A DNA stretch of 64,000 nt from Alphaproteobacteria bacterium (lineage in GTDB: Bacteria; Pseudomonadota; Alphaproteobacteria; MPNO01; UBA830): NCBI GenBank assembly GCA_965243135.1, contig OZ251539.1, positions 5,216,001 through 5,280,000 on the forward strand. The letters are read 5' to 3'. Below are positions 1 through 10,008 of the stretch, piece after piece. The notes beneath the pieces are model-generated. The model was not told the DNA's origin, did not search any database, and saw only the letters and a program-made list of their open reading frames with translations. How positions within the stretch are numbered: the first letter of the stretch is position 1; each line of letters begins with the position of its first letter. The position numbers and the translations under genes are program-made.

Positions 1-1622
1 CCTTGAAAAATATGGGGCCGGAAAAAAGTCTTTCGTGGACTTTTCGAGGTGATTCGGGGCTATTTGCCTTCGAGCGGAGCATTTTTCTCTGGAAAGTGGT
101 CCGAAGGCGAGGCGGGATTGTACCAAAATGGCCAGAATGCCAGGCATGCGCAAGACGCTCAGCGCTCCGGGATTGCTGAAGGAAGTGCGAGCTTGTTTCG
201 ACCGTATTGAAGATCCGATCGCGAGCCGGGGGCTGAACCAGACGGACTGTCTGATGTCGGGTCTAGCGGTGTTCGGTATGAAGTATGCGTCGCTTCTGCA
301 ATTCGACGAAGCCGCGCACGCCGACGAAGCGGTTCGGCACAACCTCGCGACCTTATACGGCGTCAAGCGCGTGCCGTCGGACACTGCGATGCGCGAACGG
401 CTTGACGAAGTCTGTCCGCGGCAATTGCGGCGTTGTTTCACGAAGATGTTCCAGGTTTTGCAACGAGGCAAGGGGTTGGAACAATACACTTGTCTGAACG
501 GGCATTACGCTCTTTCGATCGATGGAACGGGATACTTCTCGTCGAACAAGGTGCACTGTAAAAATTGCTGCGAGAAACACCACCGCGACGGTACGATTAC
601 CTACTACCACCAGATGTTGGGGGCCGTTCTGGTGCATCCGGAACAAAAGGAGGTTTTTCCGTTTGCACCGGAACCGATCCTGAAGGAAGACGGCGCAAAA
701 AAGAACGATTGCGAACGCAACGCAGCGAAACGGCTTCTGGAAGATGTGCGTCGTGAACACCCGCACCTGAAGCTAGTTGTGTTGGAAGATGGGCTGGCCT
801 CGAACGGACCACATGTCAATCTTCTCAAGGAGTTAGACATGCGTTTCATACTGGGGGCGAAGCCCGGCGACCACAAATTCCTGTTCGAGTGGGTCAACAA
901 CGCGCCGTCCGTGGAGCGCCGGGAGTTCACGGACGGTGACAACATACGGCACGAATTCCGGTATCTCAACGGAGTGCCTCTGAACGATACGCACTTCGAC
1001 CTCAAAGTGAACTTTCTCGAATACTGGGAGAAGCTCCCAAACGGTAAGAAACAACGTTTCTCCTGGGTCACGGATCTGCCAATTGACGAAGGGAACCTGA
1101 TGGAGTTGATGCGCACCGGGCGGGCGCGCTGGAAGATCGAGAACGAAACTTTCAACACCCTGAAGAACCAAGGCTACTGCTTTGAGCACAACTTCGGTCA
1201 CGGTAACAAGAATCTGTCGACGGTCTTTGCGTTCCTGATGATGCTGGCGTTCCTGATTGACCAGATTCAACAGCGATGTTGCAAACTGTTCCAACAGGCA
1301 CAAACGAAGGCCAAGCGGCCCATTTACTTCTGGGAAAAGGCGCGGGGATTGTTTCTCGAATACTTCTTGAAGGACTGGGAAACACTCTACCGAATGATCG
1401 CGTTTGGATACCGGAAAGCAGAGGGAATTCCCTACGACACCTCCTGACCTGGCACCGTGACCGAATGTGCTAAAGCAAGTTTTTCAGGGGAAACAGGATG
1501 GTCAAGGCTAAGTCGGCACCAAGCCGAAGCGGGGAAGGTGCGTCGCGGCGGCTGATCCCTCGGTAACGACGCTATCTCGACGCGCCTTTCGCAAAGGGCG
1601 GCCACCTTAGCGGGAATTTCTG
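1..1622 (+). mobile_element. Insertion sequence; probable right end at about 1622, left end probably outside the window
   Basis: Contains the transposase; CCACCTTAGCGGGAATTTCTG at 1602-1622 resembles ends I recall for this IS group; boundary not confirmed by a partner IR. Confidence 0.5.
128..1447 (+). CDS. DDE transposase (IS4-like/ISNCY group)
   Basis: 439-aa ORF with SIDGTG, LEDG and GRARWKIENETFNTLKNQGY(C)FEHNFGHG motifs; lower GC than the surroundings. Confidence 0.85.
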   Translation: MARMPGMRKTLSAPGLLKEVRACFDRIEDPIASRGLNQTDCLMSGLAVFGMKYASLLQFDEAAHADEAVRHNLATLYGVKRVPSDTAMRERLDEVCPRQLRRCFTKMFQVLQRGKGLEQYTCLNGHYALSIDGTGYFSSNKVHCKNCCEKHHRDGTITYYHQMLGAVLVHPEQKEVFPFAPEPILKEDGAKKNDCERNAAKRLLEDVRREHPHLKLVVLEDGLASNGPHVNLLKELDMRFILGAKPGDHKFLFEWVNNAPSVERREFTDGDNIRHEFRYLNGVPLNDTHFDLKVNFLEYWEKLPNGKKQRFSWVTDLPIDEGNLMELMRTGRARWKIENETFNTLKNQGYCFEHNFGHGNKNLSTVFAFLMMLAFLIDQIQQRCCKLFQQAQTKAKRPIYFWEKARGLFLEYFLKDWETLYRMIAFGYRKAEGIPYDTS

Positions 1623-2311
1623 ACCTCGAACCAGCCGCCGGCCACCTCGCCGACAGCGTCGCCGGATCCTTCGATCGGCAAGTATCGCCGGACAGCGCGT
1701 CCTCGGAGCCGCCCAAGGACAAGACTGCCAAGGAGCGGCGCAGGAATGGGTACGGTGGGCCTGCGGCGGTCCGGAGACCTTGCGCTGCGCATCCTGTCCA
1801 AGTGGGACAGGGACATCATCGGGGCGGGCAGCAACCTCGTCTACGGCCGCCCACTAGTTCGGAGACGAGGATCGCGGTGCCCGCCCGTTGCTTGGTCCGC
1901 CCGGAGGGCGAGGACCGCCGCGACATCGTCGCGTACCTCTCGGGAGAACGGCCACGACCGCACTTGCAGCGAATACCATTTCGGACGCATTCGGGATTCG
2001 CAAGTAGGACCCTCCAGCCGCCGGGCGCCCATCGGGCTCAAGTCCGGCTACGCCCGGACAGTTCAGGAAGGTCGCCTGCGGTGTCGAGTGGCCGCTGATG
2101 GATGCATGACGGCCCCGCCGCAATGGTTTCGGCGGGGCGCTGCCGCTCCCGCCCGGCGTCACGACGTGCTCATGGCGGGCGGTGCCGTTCCTGGAGTGCA
2201 GGGATTTGTCGACAGCCGACGCGGGTTCGTCTTGCGGGAGGCCGCCAAGGAGACCGCGCTGGAGGAAGGGCAGGCGGCCCGGTTGCCGGACCGAGCTCCT
2301 CGGCGAGGACC

Positions 2312-2579
2312 ACTGCGCACGCAACCTGCGTTCCGCCCCGCTCACCGCGGAGGCGGCGGCGTTCGCGGTGCGCAACCGGGCGGAAAGCCGTGGCGCTCGC
2401 CTGCGGGAGGATTTTCCCGAGGGAACTGAACCAGCGCCTTCGGACGCGACGGGAAGCTGGTGTCGGACTACCTGCCGGTCGTTCGCGGCGTGACGGCCGC
2501 GGTTCCCCTCACCCTCCAGCGCGACGGGCCCGGCCAGACCCCGCGGTTCGAGATCCGCGACGTGCCCTGCCGCGAGGGG
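2312..2579 (+). pseudogene. Decayed duplicate of the flavoprotein 3' end / ferredoxin 5' end (copy of 7132-7435)
   Basis: Direct nucleotide alignment (e.g. CGCAACCGGGCGGAAAGCCG and GTGTCGGACTACCTGCCGGTCGTTCGCGGCG shared) with several small deletions. Confidence 0.9.
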
Positions 2580-2619
2580 GGAACGGGGTCCAGTTCGAAC
2601 TCGCCGTGCGCGTTCTGCG

Positions 2620-4803
2620 CTAATCGCATCCCTCCGTGCACCTCGCGCCGAAACTGCCTATGAGCGAACTGCGGAGCGCGCGACCCCGGTGATCGGATTG
2701 CATGTGCCACCAGCCCGCGGCTTCCAAGCCGTTCCTGGGACCGTAGAGATTGCCGCCGTATTTGGAAGTCGAATCCGACCCGGCGTCGAAGTCCCATGAA
2801 TTCAGGTCGCCTCCAGCGGTTCGCGGATAACCGAGATAGCCCCCGAAGCTGCCGTCGGCGGCGATGTCGCCCTCCTCCATCGGGATGTCTCTGGGGGCGG
2901 GGCGGTACGGAATCCAAACCCCGTCGTGGCGGAGTTCCTCAAGGCCGGAGATCATGCCGCTGATCTTGTTCGAGTCGGCGGGAATGCCGTCGCCGGTGCA
3001 GCCGCTGCCGCCGATGCATGCGTTGAGCGTGATGCCGCCCCTGAGCGGCGTCGCTCCGCTCAGCGTGATGAAGTTCTCATCCCCGTGGTTGATCAGCGCG
3101 CGCGCCATGGTGCGGCCCTTGAACGTGGCGGCGATCGACGTCGCGACGTCCGTCGTCCTCATGCCGTCCGCATCCCTGAAGGCGTCGTAGCCGAAGGCGA
3201 ATGCCTGCGGGCGGGTGAAGGACGGCGTGGCCTTCACGTTGTCGAAGACCATGAACAGGCCGTAGGCCGCGTATTCGAGGTAGCGGTGCGCGTCGCCGCC
3301 GGCGAGGCCGCCGTAGTTCGACAGCCACAGTTCGTAGGTTCCGAGCTCCTCCGGCCGGCCGTCGGCGTCGTCACCTTGAATCGTGTCCGGAAGCTGTTCG
3401 CGTTGGGCTTCGGTCAGCGGAACCTTCACCTTCCAGTAATAGGCTGCTTCGCCATGGGGCGACTGCGACGGCTGGCCAAAGGCGACGGCGAGGTCGTCGT
3501 GGGCCCAGTCGCCGCAATCGGAGAGAGGGTCTCTCCAGCAGGCGCCGGCGTTGTCCGCGTAGTAGCCCTGGAGCGCGGTCGCCTGATCCGCCGTCAGCGT
3601 CCCGGTCGCCGCCTCCAGGCCCAGGTCTCTGGCGTGGGAGGCGGTTATCGCGTCGCCCTGCGCCGCGCTCGCGTCGCCCAGCTTCCCGTCCGGGCCGTAC
3701 CTCCACCAATCGTTGTGGTTGGGCGCATCGGCGTCGGCGTCCCTGAAGTAGTCGAAGGTTCTCTGCATGTCGTAATAAACCAAGCCTTCGCCGCCGAATT
3801 TCAGCGTCGCGCCGTCGGCGGACAGCTGGAGCGAACTCGTCACCACGCCATCGGTGTTGGAATAGGACGTCGGCGTGCCGTCGTCGCCCTGGATCTTGAT
3901 GGGATGCCTCCCCGCCGCGCGCAGCGTCACCGCCCGCAGCGGCAGTTCGTCCGTCGCGGCAAGGCCGCCGCTCGCGGCCCCGACCCGTTTGCCCGCAGCC
4001 CAGGCGACGCCGTCCGTCGCGATGGCGAGTTTCGTCCAGCCTGTCTCTCCGGTGTCGGTGCGCGGCGTGCGCGCGATGTCCGCCTCGCCTCTGGGCACGA
4101 ACCGCGGCTCTCGCGGTTCGAGCGCAACGGCCAGGGATACGCGCGGGTCGTACGCGTCGGCCCTGGCCCGTTGCTCCGCGGCGTCGCGCTCGTGCTTCGC
4201 GGCGGCGCTCTCGGCCTGCGCCAGTTCCTGACGGAGCGGCGGCACCAGGGAAATCTGGGCCGTGGACAGCGTGACCTGGGCCTGCAGCAGCAGGGTCCGG
4301 ATCTCCGGAGTGGGGTTCGCATCCAACGCCGCCGTCAGCTTCGTCTGCGCGTCGTCCAGCGCGGCCTGCGCCCGGTCCAGCGTCGTGTGCATGCTCGCCA
4401 GCGCCACAGGCCCCCCGGAGGGAAGCGCCGCGTCGGCCGCCGTCAGCACGTCGGCGACCGTCTCCAGCGCGGTATCGACTGCCGTCAGCGCCGTCGATGC
4501 CGCCGTCTTCGCGCCGCTGTCGGGCTGCGCCGCCAGACGTTCGCGAAAAACCTCCAGATTTTGCCGGGCTTCTTCCACCACGGCGCCGGCCGCCTCGCGC
4601 TGCTCGGGCGCCCCCAACGCCGCCTGAGCCTCGGCCAGCGAGGCGCGGAGAGCGCTCAACGCGGCCTCGGCCGCGGCCGTCTTCTGCCGCTCGGCCGCGA
4701 GAGCCTCCGGGTCGGGGACGCGCACCGTCTTGGTTTCGGTGCAGGCGCCCAGCGCCAGCGCAGCGCCGCAGACCAGCGCCAGACATAGCTTGTACATCGT
4801 CAT
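2620..4803 (-). CDS. Surface lipoprotein with coiled-coil N-terminal region and TbpB-like C-terminal barrel
   Basis: Start MTMYKLCLALVCGAALALGAC (lipobox LGAC), SD AAGAGGA about 8 nt upstream; C-terminal YGGNLYGP...EAAGWW...LIGSFGA; the ORF-track extension to 5292 is only the tandem repeat. Confidence 0.75.
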   Translation of the reverse strand: MTMYKLCLALVCGAALALGACTETKTVRVPDPEALAAERQKTAAAEAALSALRASLAEAQAALGAPEQREAAGAVVEEARQNLEVFRERLAAQPDSGAKTAASTALTAVDTALETVADVLTAADAALPSGGPVALASMHTTLDRAQAALDDAQTKLTAALDANPTPEIRTLLLQAQVTLSTAQISLVPPLRQELAQAESAAAKHERDAAEQRARADAYDPRVSLAVALEPREPRFVPRGEADIARTPRTDTGETGWTKLAIATDGVAWAAGKRVGAASGGLAATDELPLRAVTLRAAGRHPIKIQGDDGTPTSYSNTDGVVTSSLQLSADGATLKFGGEGLVYYDMQRTFDYFRDADADAPNHNDWWRYGPDGKLGDASAAQGDAITASHARDLGLEAATGTLTADQATALQGYYADNAGACWRDPLSDCGDWAHDDLAVAFGQPSQSPHGEAAYYWKVKVPLTEAQREQLPDTIQGDDADGRPEELGTYELWLSNYGGLAGGDAHRYLEYAAYGLFMVFDNVKATPSFTRPQAFAFGYDAFRDADGMRTTDVATSIAATFKGRTMARALINHGDENFITLSGATPLRGGITLNACIGGSGCTGDGIPADSNKISGMISGLEELRHDGVWIPYRPAPRDIPMEEGDIAADGSFGGYLGYPRTAGGDLNSWDFDAGSDSTSKYGGNLYGPRNGLEAAGWWHMQSDHRGRALRSSLIGSFGARCTEGCD

Positions 4804-4821
4804 CGAACGGGTCCTCTTGAT

Positions 4822-5285
4822 CCGTGAAGAGGCCCCGTGAAGAGGCCCCGTGAAGAGGCCCCGTGAAGAGGCCCCGTGAAGAGGCCCCGTGAAGAGGCCC
4901 CGTGAAGAGGCCCCGTGAAGAGGCCCCGTGAAGAGGCCCCGTGAAGAGGCCCCGTGAAGAGGCCCCGTGAAGAGGCCCCGTGAAGAGGCCCCGTGAAGAG
5001 GCCCCGTGAAGAGGCCCCGTGAAGAGGCCCCGTGAAGAGGCCCCGTGAAGAGGCCCCGTGAAGAGGCCCCGTGAAGAGGCCCCGTGAAGAGGCCCCGTGA
5101 AGAGGCCCCGTGAAGAGGCCCCGTGAAGAGGCCCCGTGAAGAGGCCCCGTGAAGAGGCCCCGTGAAGAGGCCCCGTGAAGAGGCCCCGTGAAGAGGCCCC
5201 GTGAAGAGGCCCCGTGAAGAGGCCCCGTGAAGAGGCCCCGTGAAGAGGCCCCGTGAAGAGGCCCCGTGAAGAGGCCCCGTGAAGA
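4822..5285. repeat. Perfect 13-bp tandem repeat (CCGTGAAGAGGCC), about 35.7 copies
   Basis: Seen directly; 464 bp with no visible variant units. Confidence 0.97.
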
Positions 5286-5660
5286 ATTCCACGTCAGTGT
5301 ACCGCGCCGGCCGGTGACGTCAAGAATCATGGCGTCGCTCCGCGAGGCGCTCCTCCAAGGAGTCCTGCGCCATGGCAGGCGAATGGAGGGCTGCCGCAGC
5401 GCCGGCCGCCCAGGTTCCCGGCTTCGTCGGTGGTCCTTCCGTGAGATTGGCAATTATTGCAATGATATAACGTATCGTTACGGTCATGTCGACCCCTTTC
5501 CCAGCGGAGCCGTTTGCGCTGCGCCATTTTTGTCGGCCCGCCGCCCGTCCGCCGCGGCGGCTCTCGCCGGAAGACTCTCGCGCGCTCGCGCAAGCGCCGG
5601 AATTCAGGAACGAGGCGCCGCAGCGTTGCGACGGGTTTACGGATCGGGGACAATGGAAGC

Positions 5661-7349
5661 ATGGAAGAAACGGCAAGACTCGAAACCGACGTCCTTGTGA
5701 TAGGCGCGGGCGGCGCGGGCATGTACGCCGCGATCTCGGCGGCGCGGAACGGTGCCCGCGTGCTCCTCGCCGACAAGAGCATGATCGGGCGGGGCGGAGC
5801 GACCATCATGGCGCAGATGACGACCGCCGCCGCCCTCGGAGAGCTTGAGCCGGACCATTGGACGCGGCATCTCGACGACACGCTGGAGGCCGGGCGCGGG
5901 CTGTGCAACGGGGAGCTCGCCGCCATCCTCTGCGAGGAGGCGATCGCGCGCATCCGCGAGATGGACGAATGGAAGGTCGGGTGGGCGCGCAGGGACGGCC
6001 GCATCGTCGGCGTGACGGCGCCGGGCCACGGCGCTCCCCGCTGCGTGTACGTGGACTTTCTCAACACCGGCCCGGCGGTCGCCAAATGCCTCCGCGGACG
6101 CGTCGCGCGCGACGACCGCGTCGTGCGGGTCAGCGGCCTCGCGATCGCCGACGTGGCGGTCGAGGACGGGCGCGCCGCGGGCGCCGTCGGCTTCAACATG
6201 GCCGACGGAGCCCCCGTGGCGATCGCCGCCGGGGCGGTGGTGATCGCGGCCGGCGGACTGACCCGGATCTACAGGCGCAACAGCGCGTCCTCGAACATGA
6301 ACGGAGACGGCTACGCCCTCGCCCTGCGGGCCGGGGCCGACCTGATCGACATGGAGTTTCCCCAGTTCTTTCCGATCGGGCATCTGGCGCCGCGGCTGGT
6401 CGGCATGGATCCGATCATGTGGGATCCGTTTCGCTACAAGCTCGGCGGACGGCTTCTCAACGCCGAGGGCGAGGAATTCGTCCACAACTACGGCGGCGAG
6501 GATGGAGGCAAGTATGTCTCCACGCGCGACATCGTGGCCTACGGAATCACCAAAGAGGCCGAGGCCGGGCGCGCGACGCCGGGAGGCGGGGTTTATCTCA
6601 GCTTCGCGCATATTCCCGAAGAACGGTTGCGGGAGGCGTTCGGACCGGTCATCGACCGCCTGGCCGCGAACGGCATCGACCTGACCGAGACCGCTGTCGA
6701 GGTCTCGCCGATCGCGCACTACCACATGGGTGGGATACGGGTTGACGGCCGGATGGAGACCTGCGTCCCGGGGCTCTTCGCGGCGGGCGAGGCGGTCGGC
6801 GGCGCCAACGGCGCCAACCGGCTTTCCGGAAACGCGCTGCCGGAGGCCTTCGTCTTCGGCGAGCGCGCGGGCCGTTTCGCGGCCGCCGACGCGCGGAAGC
6901 GGCCGGCGCCTCCGAGAGCGCGGCTGCCGGCGCCGAAGCGCCGGAGCGCGGCTCGGGACGCTGCGCTCGGCGGACTTTGGAGCCGGCTGCAGGATCTGAT
7001 GTGGAACAGGGTCGGCGTGCTGCGAACCGCCGCCGGCCTCGACGAAGCGCTGGCCGGCGTCCGCGGCATGAGGGCCGAACTCGAGACGGTCGCGCTGCCC
7101 CGCGTCGGCGGGTTCGATCAAGCGCTGCTCGACTGGCACGACCTGCGCTCCGCCCTGCTCGCCGCGGAGGCGGTGGCGTTCGCGGCGCGCAACCGGGCGG
7201 AAAGCCGCGGCGCTCACCAGCGGGAGGATTTTCCCGAAACCGATCCGGCGCTGGAACTGAACCAGCGCCTTCGGCTCGGACGCGACGGGAAGCTAGTGTC
7301 GGACTACCTGCCGGTCGTTCGCGGCGCGCCGGCCGGGGCGGCGGCGTGA
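5661..7349 (+). CDS. FAD-dependent oxidoreductase, SdhA/FrdA/NadB family
   Basis: DVLVIGAGGAG, AHYHMGG, GANRLSGN and ESRGAH motifs; start taken at MEETARL. Confidence 0.88.
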   Translation: MEETARLETDVLVIGAGGAGMYAAISAARNGARVLLADKSMIGRGGATIMAQMTTAAALGELEPDHWTRHLDDTLEAGRGLCNGELAAILCEEAIARIREMDEWKVGWARRDGRIVGVTAPGHGAPRCVYVDFLNTGPAVAKCLRGRVARDDRVVRVSGLAIADVAVEDGRAAGAVGFNMADGAPVAIAAGAVVIAAGGLTRIYRRNSASSNMNGDGYALALRAGADLIDMEFPQFFPIGHLAPRLVGMDPIMWDPFRYKLGGRLLNAEGEEFVHNYGGEDGGKYVSTRDIVAYGITKEAEAGRATPGGGVYLSFAHIPEERLREAFGPVIDRLAANGIDLTETAVEVSPIAHYHMGGIRVDGRMETCVPGLFAAGEAVGGANGANRLSGNALPEAFVFGERAGRFAAADARKRPAPPRARLPAPKRRSAARDAALGGLWSRLQDLMWNRVGVLRTAAGLDEALAGVRGMRAELETVALPRVGGFDQALLDWHDLRSALLAAEAVAFAARNRAESRGAHQREDFPETDPALELNQRLRLGRDGKLVSDYLPVVRGAPAGAAA

Positions 7350-7684
7350 CGGCCACGGTCCCCCTCACGCTCCAGCGCGGCGGGCCCGGCGAGACCCCGC
7401 GGTTCGAGACCCACGACGTGCCCTACAGCGAGGGGATGTCGGTTCTCGACGCAGTCGTATGGCTGCGCGCCCACGTCGATTCCTCCATCGCCTTCCGTTA
7501 CAGCTGCATCAACGCCAACGCCTGCAAGGAGTGCATGGTGTCCGTGGACGGAAAAACCCGTTACGCCTGCACCGCCCGCCTGCCCCCCGCGGGCGCGACC
7601 GTGGGGCCGCTGGCCAACAAGGCGCTCGTCCGCGACCTCGTCACCGACATCGTTCCGCCGAAGGAAAACCTTCGCGCGGAATGA
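7346..7684 (+). CDS. 2Fe-2S protein resembling the SdhB/FrdB N-terminal domain
   Basis: GTGA overlap with the upstream stop; FRYSC...ACKEC...YAC and LVRDLV motifs. Confidence 0.85.
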   Translation: MTATVPLTLQRGGPGETPRFETHDVPYSEGMSVLDAVVWLRAHVDSSIAFRYSCINANACKECMVSVDGKTRYACTARLPPAGATVGPLANKALVRDLVTDIVPPKENLRAE

Positions 7685-7692
7685 CCGCGCCG

Positions 7693-10008
7693 CTACGCGG
7701 CGTTGCGGATCATCTCGACGAGTCGGGCCGGTTCGATCGGCAGTTCCCGAATGACGACCCCGAACGGTTCGAGCGCGTCTTCGACGGCGGATGCGACGGC
7801 CGCCGCGACGGGGATGATGCCGCCTTCGCCGGCGCCCTTGACGCCGAGCGGGTTGAGCGGAGTCGGACTTTCCATGTGGGCGATGTCGAAGCGCGGCACG
7901 TCGGGCGCCGCAGGCAGCAGGTACTCCGCGAAATTGGTCGTCTGCGGCTGGCCCTGGTCGTCGTAGATCATGCGCTCGAACAGGGCGCAACCGAGGCCGT
8001 GCGCCGCGCCGCCCGCGATCTGTCCCTCGACGATGGCGGGATTTATCAGCTTGCCGCTGTCGTGAACGACGAAGTAGCCGGTCACGCTCACCAGGCCGGT
8101 CTCCGGATCGACTTCGACCTCGGCGACGTGGACGCCGTTGCAATAGGTCAGCGTATCCGGCGAGAAATGGGCGGTCGCCTCCATTCCCGGATCGACGCCG
8201 CCCGGCAGCGAGAAGCCGGGCATGCCCTGGACGGCGCGGGCGACGTCGTCGAGCCCGACCGACATGTCCGGCACTCCCCGCACCGAGATGCGGCCGCCGC
8301 TCAGTTCGAGATCGCCCTCGGCCGCCTCCAGCAGATGCGCCGCCACCTTGAGGGCCTTGCGGCGGAGTTCCGTGGCGGCGACATGCACCGACGATCCCGC
8401 CGTGACGGCCTGGCGGCTGGCGAACGCCCCGAGGCCGAGGGACACGGGAGCGGTGTCGCCGGCGACGACGTCGACGCTCTCGGCCGGCAACCCCAGCCGG
8501 TCGGCGCAGACCTGAGCGAGGGACGTCCGGAGGCCTTGGCCCTGGTCGGTCGCGCCGGTGCAGACCGTCACCCTGCCCGAGGGCAGGATCCGCACGACGG
8601 CGGATTCGAACGGCCCGCGACCTGTGCCTTCCACGTAGTTGGCGACGCCGATTCCGAGATACCGTCCCTCCGCGCGGGCGGCGCGGCGCCGGGCGCCGAA
8701 CTCCGCGTATCGGGAGCGCAGCAGCGCGGTCTCGAGGGCGGCCGGGTAGTCGCCGGAATCGTAGGTCATGGTCGAGCCGTCGCGCGTCTTCACGGGCGTT
8801 TCGTAGGGCATGCGCCGGGCGGGGACGAGATTGCGGCGGCGGACTTCCGCGCGGTCGATGCCGAGCTCGCGGGCGATGCGGTCCATCAGCCGTTCCATCG
8901 CGAACGTGCCCTGCGGGCGCCCTGCGCCCCGCACCGGCGTGACGGGCGTCATGTTGGTCAGCGTCAGGCGCACGTCGAGGGACAGGGCCGGAAGTTCGTA
9001 GGGGCCGAGAAAGTTCGTCGCCGAATTGTAGGGCAGGTTTATCCCGTAGGGCGTGCAGGCGCCGTGGTCGTGGATCATGCTTCCGCGCGCGCCGCGGAGC
9101 CTGCCGTCTCCGTCGACCGCGACCTCGAGGTCCCACGCCTGGTCCCGCTCCATGGTCGCCGCGGTGAAATGCTCCCGCCTGTCCTCGATCCACTTGACGG
9201 GACGGTCGAGCAGCCTGGCCGCCAGAGGCACGACGACCTCTTCTTGGTAGAAGACGAATTTGGGGCCGAACCCGCCGCCGACGACGGGCGCGATCACCCG
9301 CACCCGGTCTTCCGGCAGGCCGAGCATCTGCGCCAGGATGTTCCGCGCGCGATGCGCCATCTGGGTTCCCGACCAGACGGTCAGCGCGCCGTCCGCGGAA
9401 TCCGGGCGGGCGACGACGCCCCGGCACTCGATCGCGTGGCCGAGGCCTTTGCGCTGGCGAAGGCTTTCGCGGAACGCGTGGGCGGCTCCGGCGAACGCGT
9501 CGTCCACCGCGCCGTAGGAAAGGGTGAATTCGGCGACGACGTTATGATCGAAGGCGCCGTGCGCGAGAGGGGCTCCGCTTTCGGCCGCGGCGCGGCAATC
9601 CGACGAGACCGGCAACGGATCGTAAGCCATGTCGACGGCGCCCGCCGCGTCTTCGGCGGCATGCGGCGAGTCGGCGACGACGCAGGCCACCGGCTCTCCG
9701 ACGTACCGGACCTCGCCGTCGGCGAGCACGCTCGGGCTGGCGGACAATTTGAGCGCGGCCGACGGTTGCTCCACCGGCATGACGGTATCGGTCAGGCGGC
9801 GGCGGAGATCGTCGATCGCGTAGGCCGCCGCGACCCCCGGCAGGGCGGCGGCCTTCGCCAGATCGACGCGGAGGATGCGGGCATGGGCGACGGGGCTGCG
9901 AAAGAAGGCGGCGTGCAGCATGCCCGGCAGATGGATGTCGTCGACGTAGCGCCCGCGTCCGCGCAGCAGCGCAGGGTCCTCCAGCCTTTTGATTCTCTGG
10001 CCGAACAC
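7693..10008 (-). CDS. Xanthine dehydrogenase/CoxL-like molybdopterin-binding subunit
   Basis: GGGFGPK, VRGAGRP, QGQG, VEGQIAGG and GVKGAGE motifs; lacks the form-I CODH AYRCSFR loop. Confidence 0.9.
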   Translation of the reverse strand: MFGQRIKRLEDPALLRGRGRYVDDIHLPGMLHAAFFRSPVAHARILRVDLAKAAALPGVAAAYAIDDLRRRLTDTVMPVEQPSAALKLSASPSVLADGEVRYVGEPVACVVADSPHAAEDAAGAVDMAYDPLPVSSDCRAAAESGAPLAHGAFDHNVVAEFTLSYGAVDDAFAGAAHAFRESLRQRKGLGHAIECRGVVARPDSADGALTVWSGTQMAHRARNILAQMLGLPEDRVRVIAPVVGGGFGPKFVFYQEEVVVPLAARLLDRPVKWIEDRREHFTAATMERDQAWDLEVAVDGDGRLRGARGSMIHDHGACTPYGINLPYNSATNFLGPYELPALSLDVRLTLTNMTPVTPVRGAGRPQGTFAMERLMDRIARELGIDRAEVRRRNLVPARRMPYETPVKTRDGSTMTYDSGDYPAALETALLRSRYAEFGARRRAARAEGRYLGIGVANYVEGTGRGPFESAVVRILPSGRVTVCTGATDQGQGLRTSLAQVCADRLGLPAESVDVVAGDTAPVSLGLGAFASRQAVTAGSSVHVAATELRRKALKVAAHLLEAAEGDLELSGGRISVRGVPDMSVGLDDVARAVQGMPGFSLPGGVDPGMEATAHFSPDTLTYCNGVHVAEVEVDPETGLVSVTGYFVVHDSGKLINPAIVEGQIAGGAAHGLGCALFERMIYDDQGQPQTTNFAEYLLPAAPDVPRFDIAHMESPTPLNPLGVKGAGEGGIIPVAAAVASAVEDALEPFGVVIRELPIEPARLVEMIRNAA

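Noticed and set aside
4822-5285. Tandem repeat as a CRISPR array or as a 13-aa repeat N-terminus of the lipoprotein
   Set aside because: No spacers are present; the signal peptide and SD lie downstream of the repeat, so the peptide repeat is an artefact of a stop-free unit
7693-10008. True aerobic CO dehydrogenase
   Set aside because: Active-site loop is VRGAGR, not AYRCSFR; no coxM or coxS adjacent
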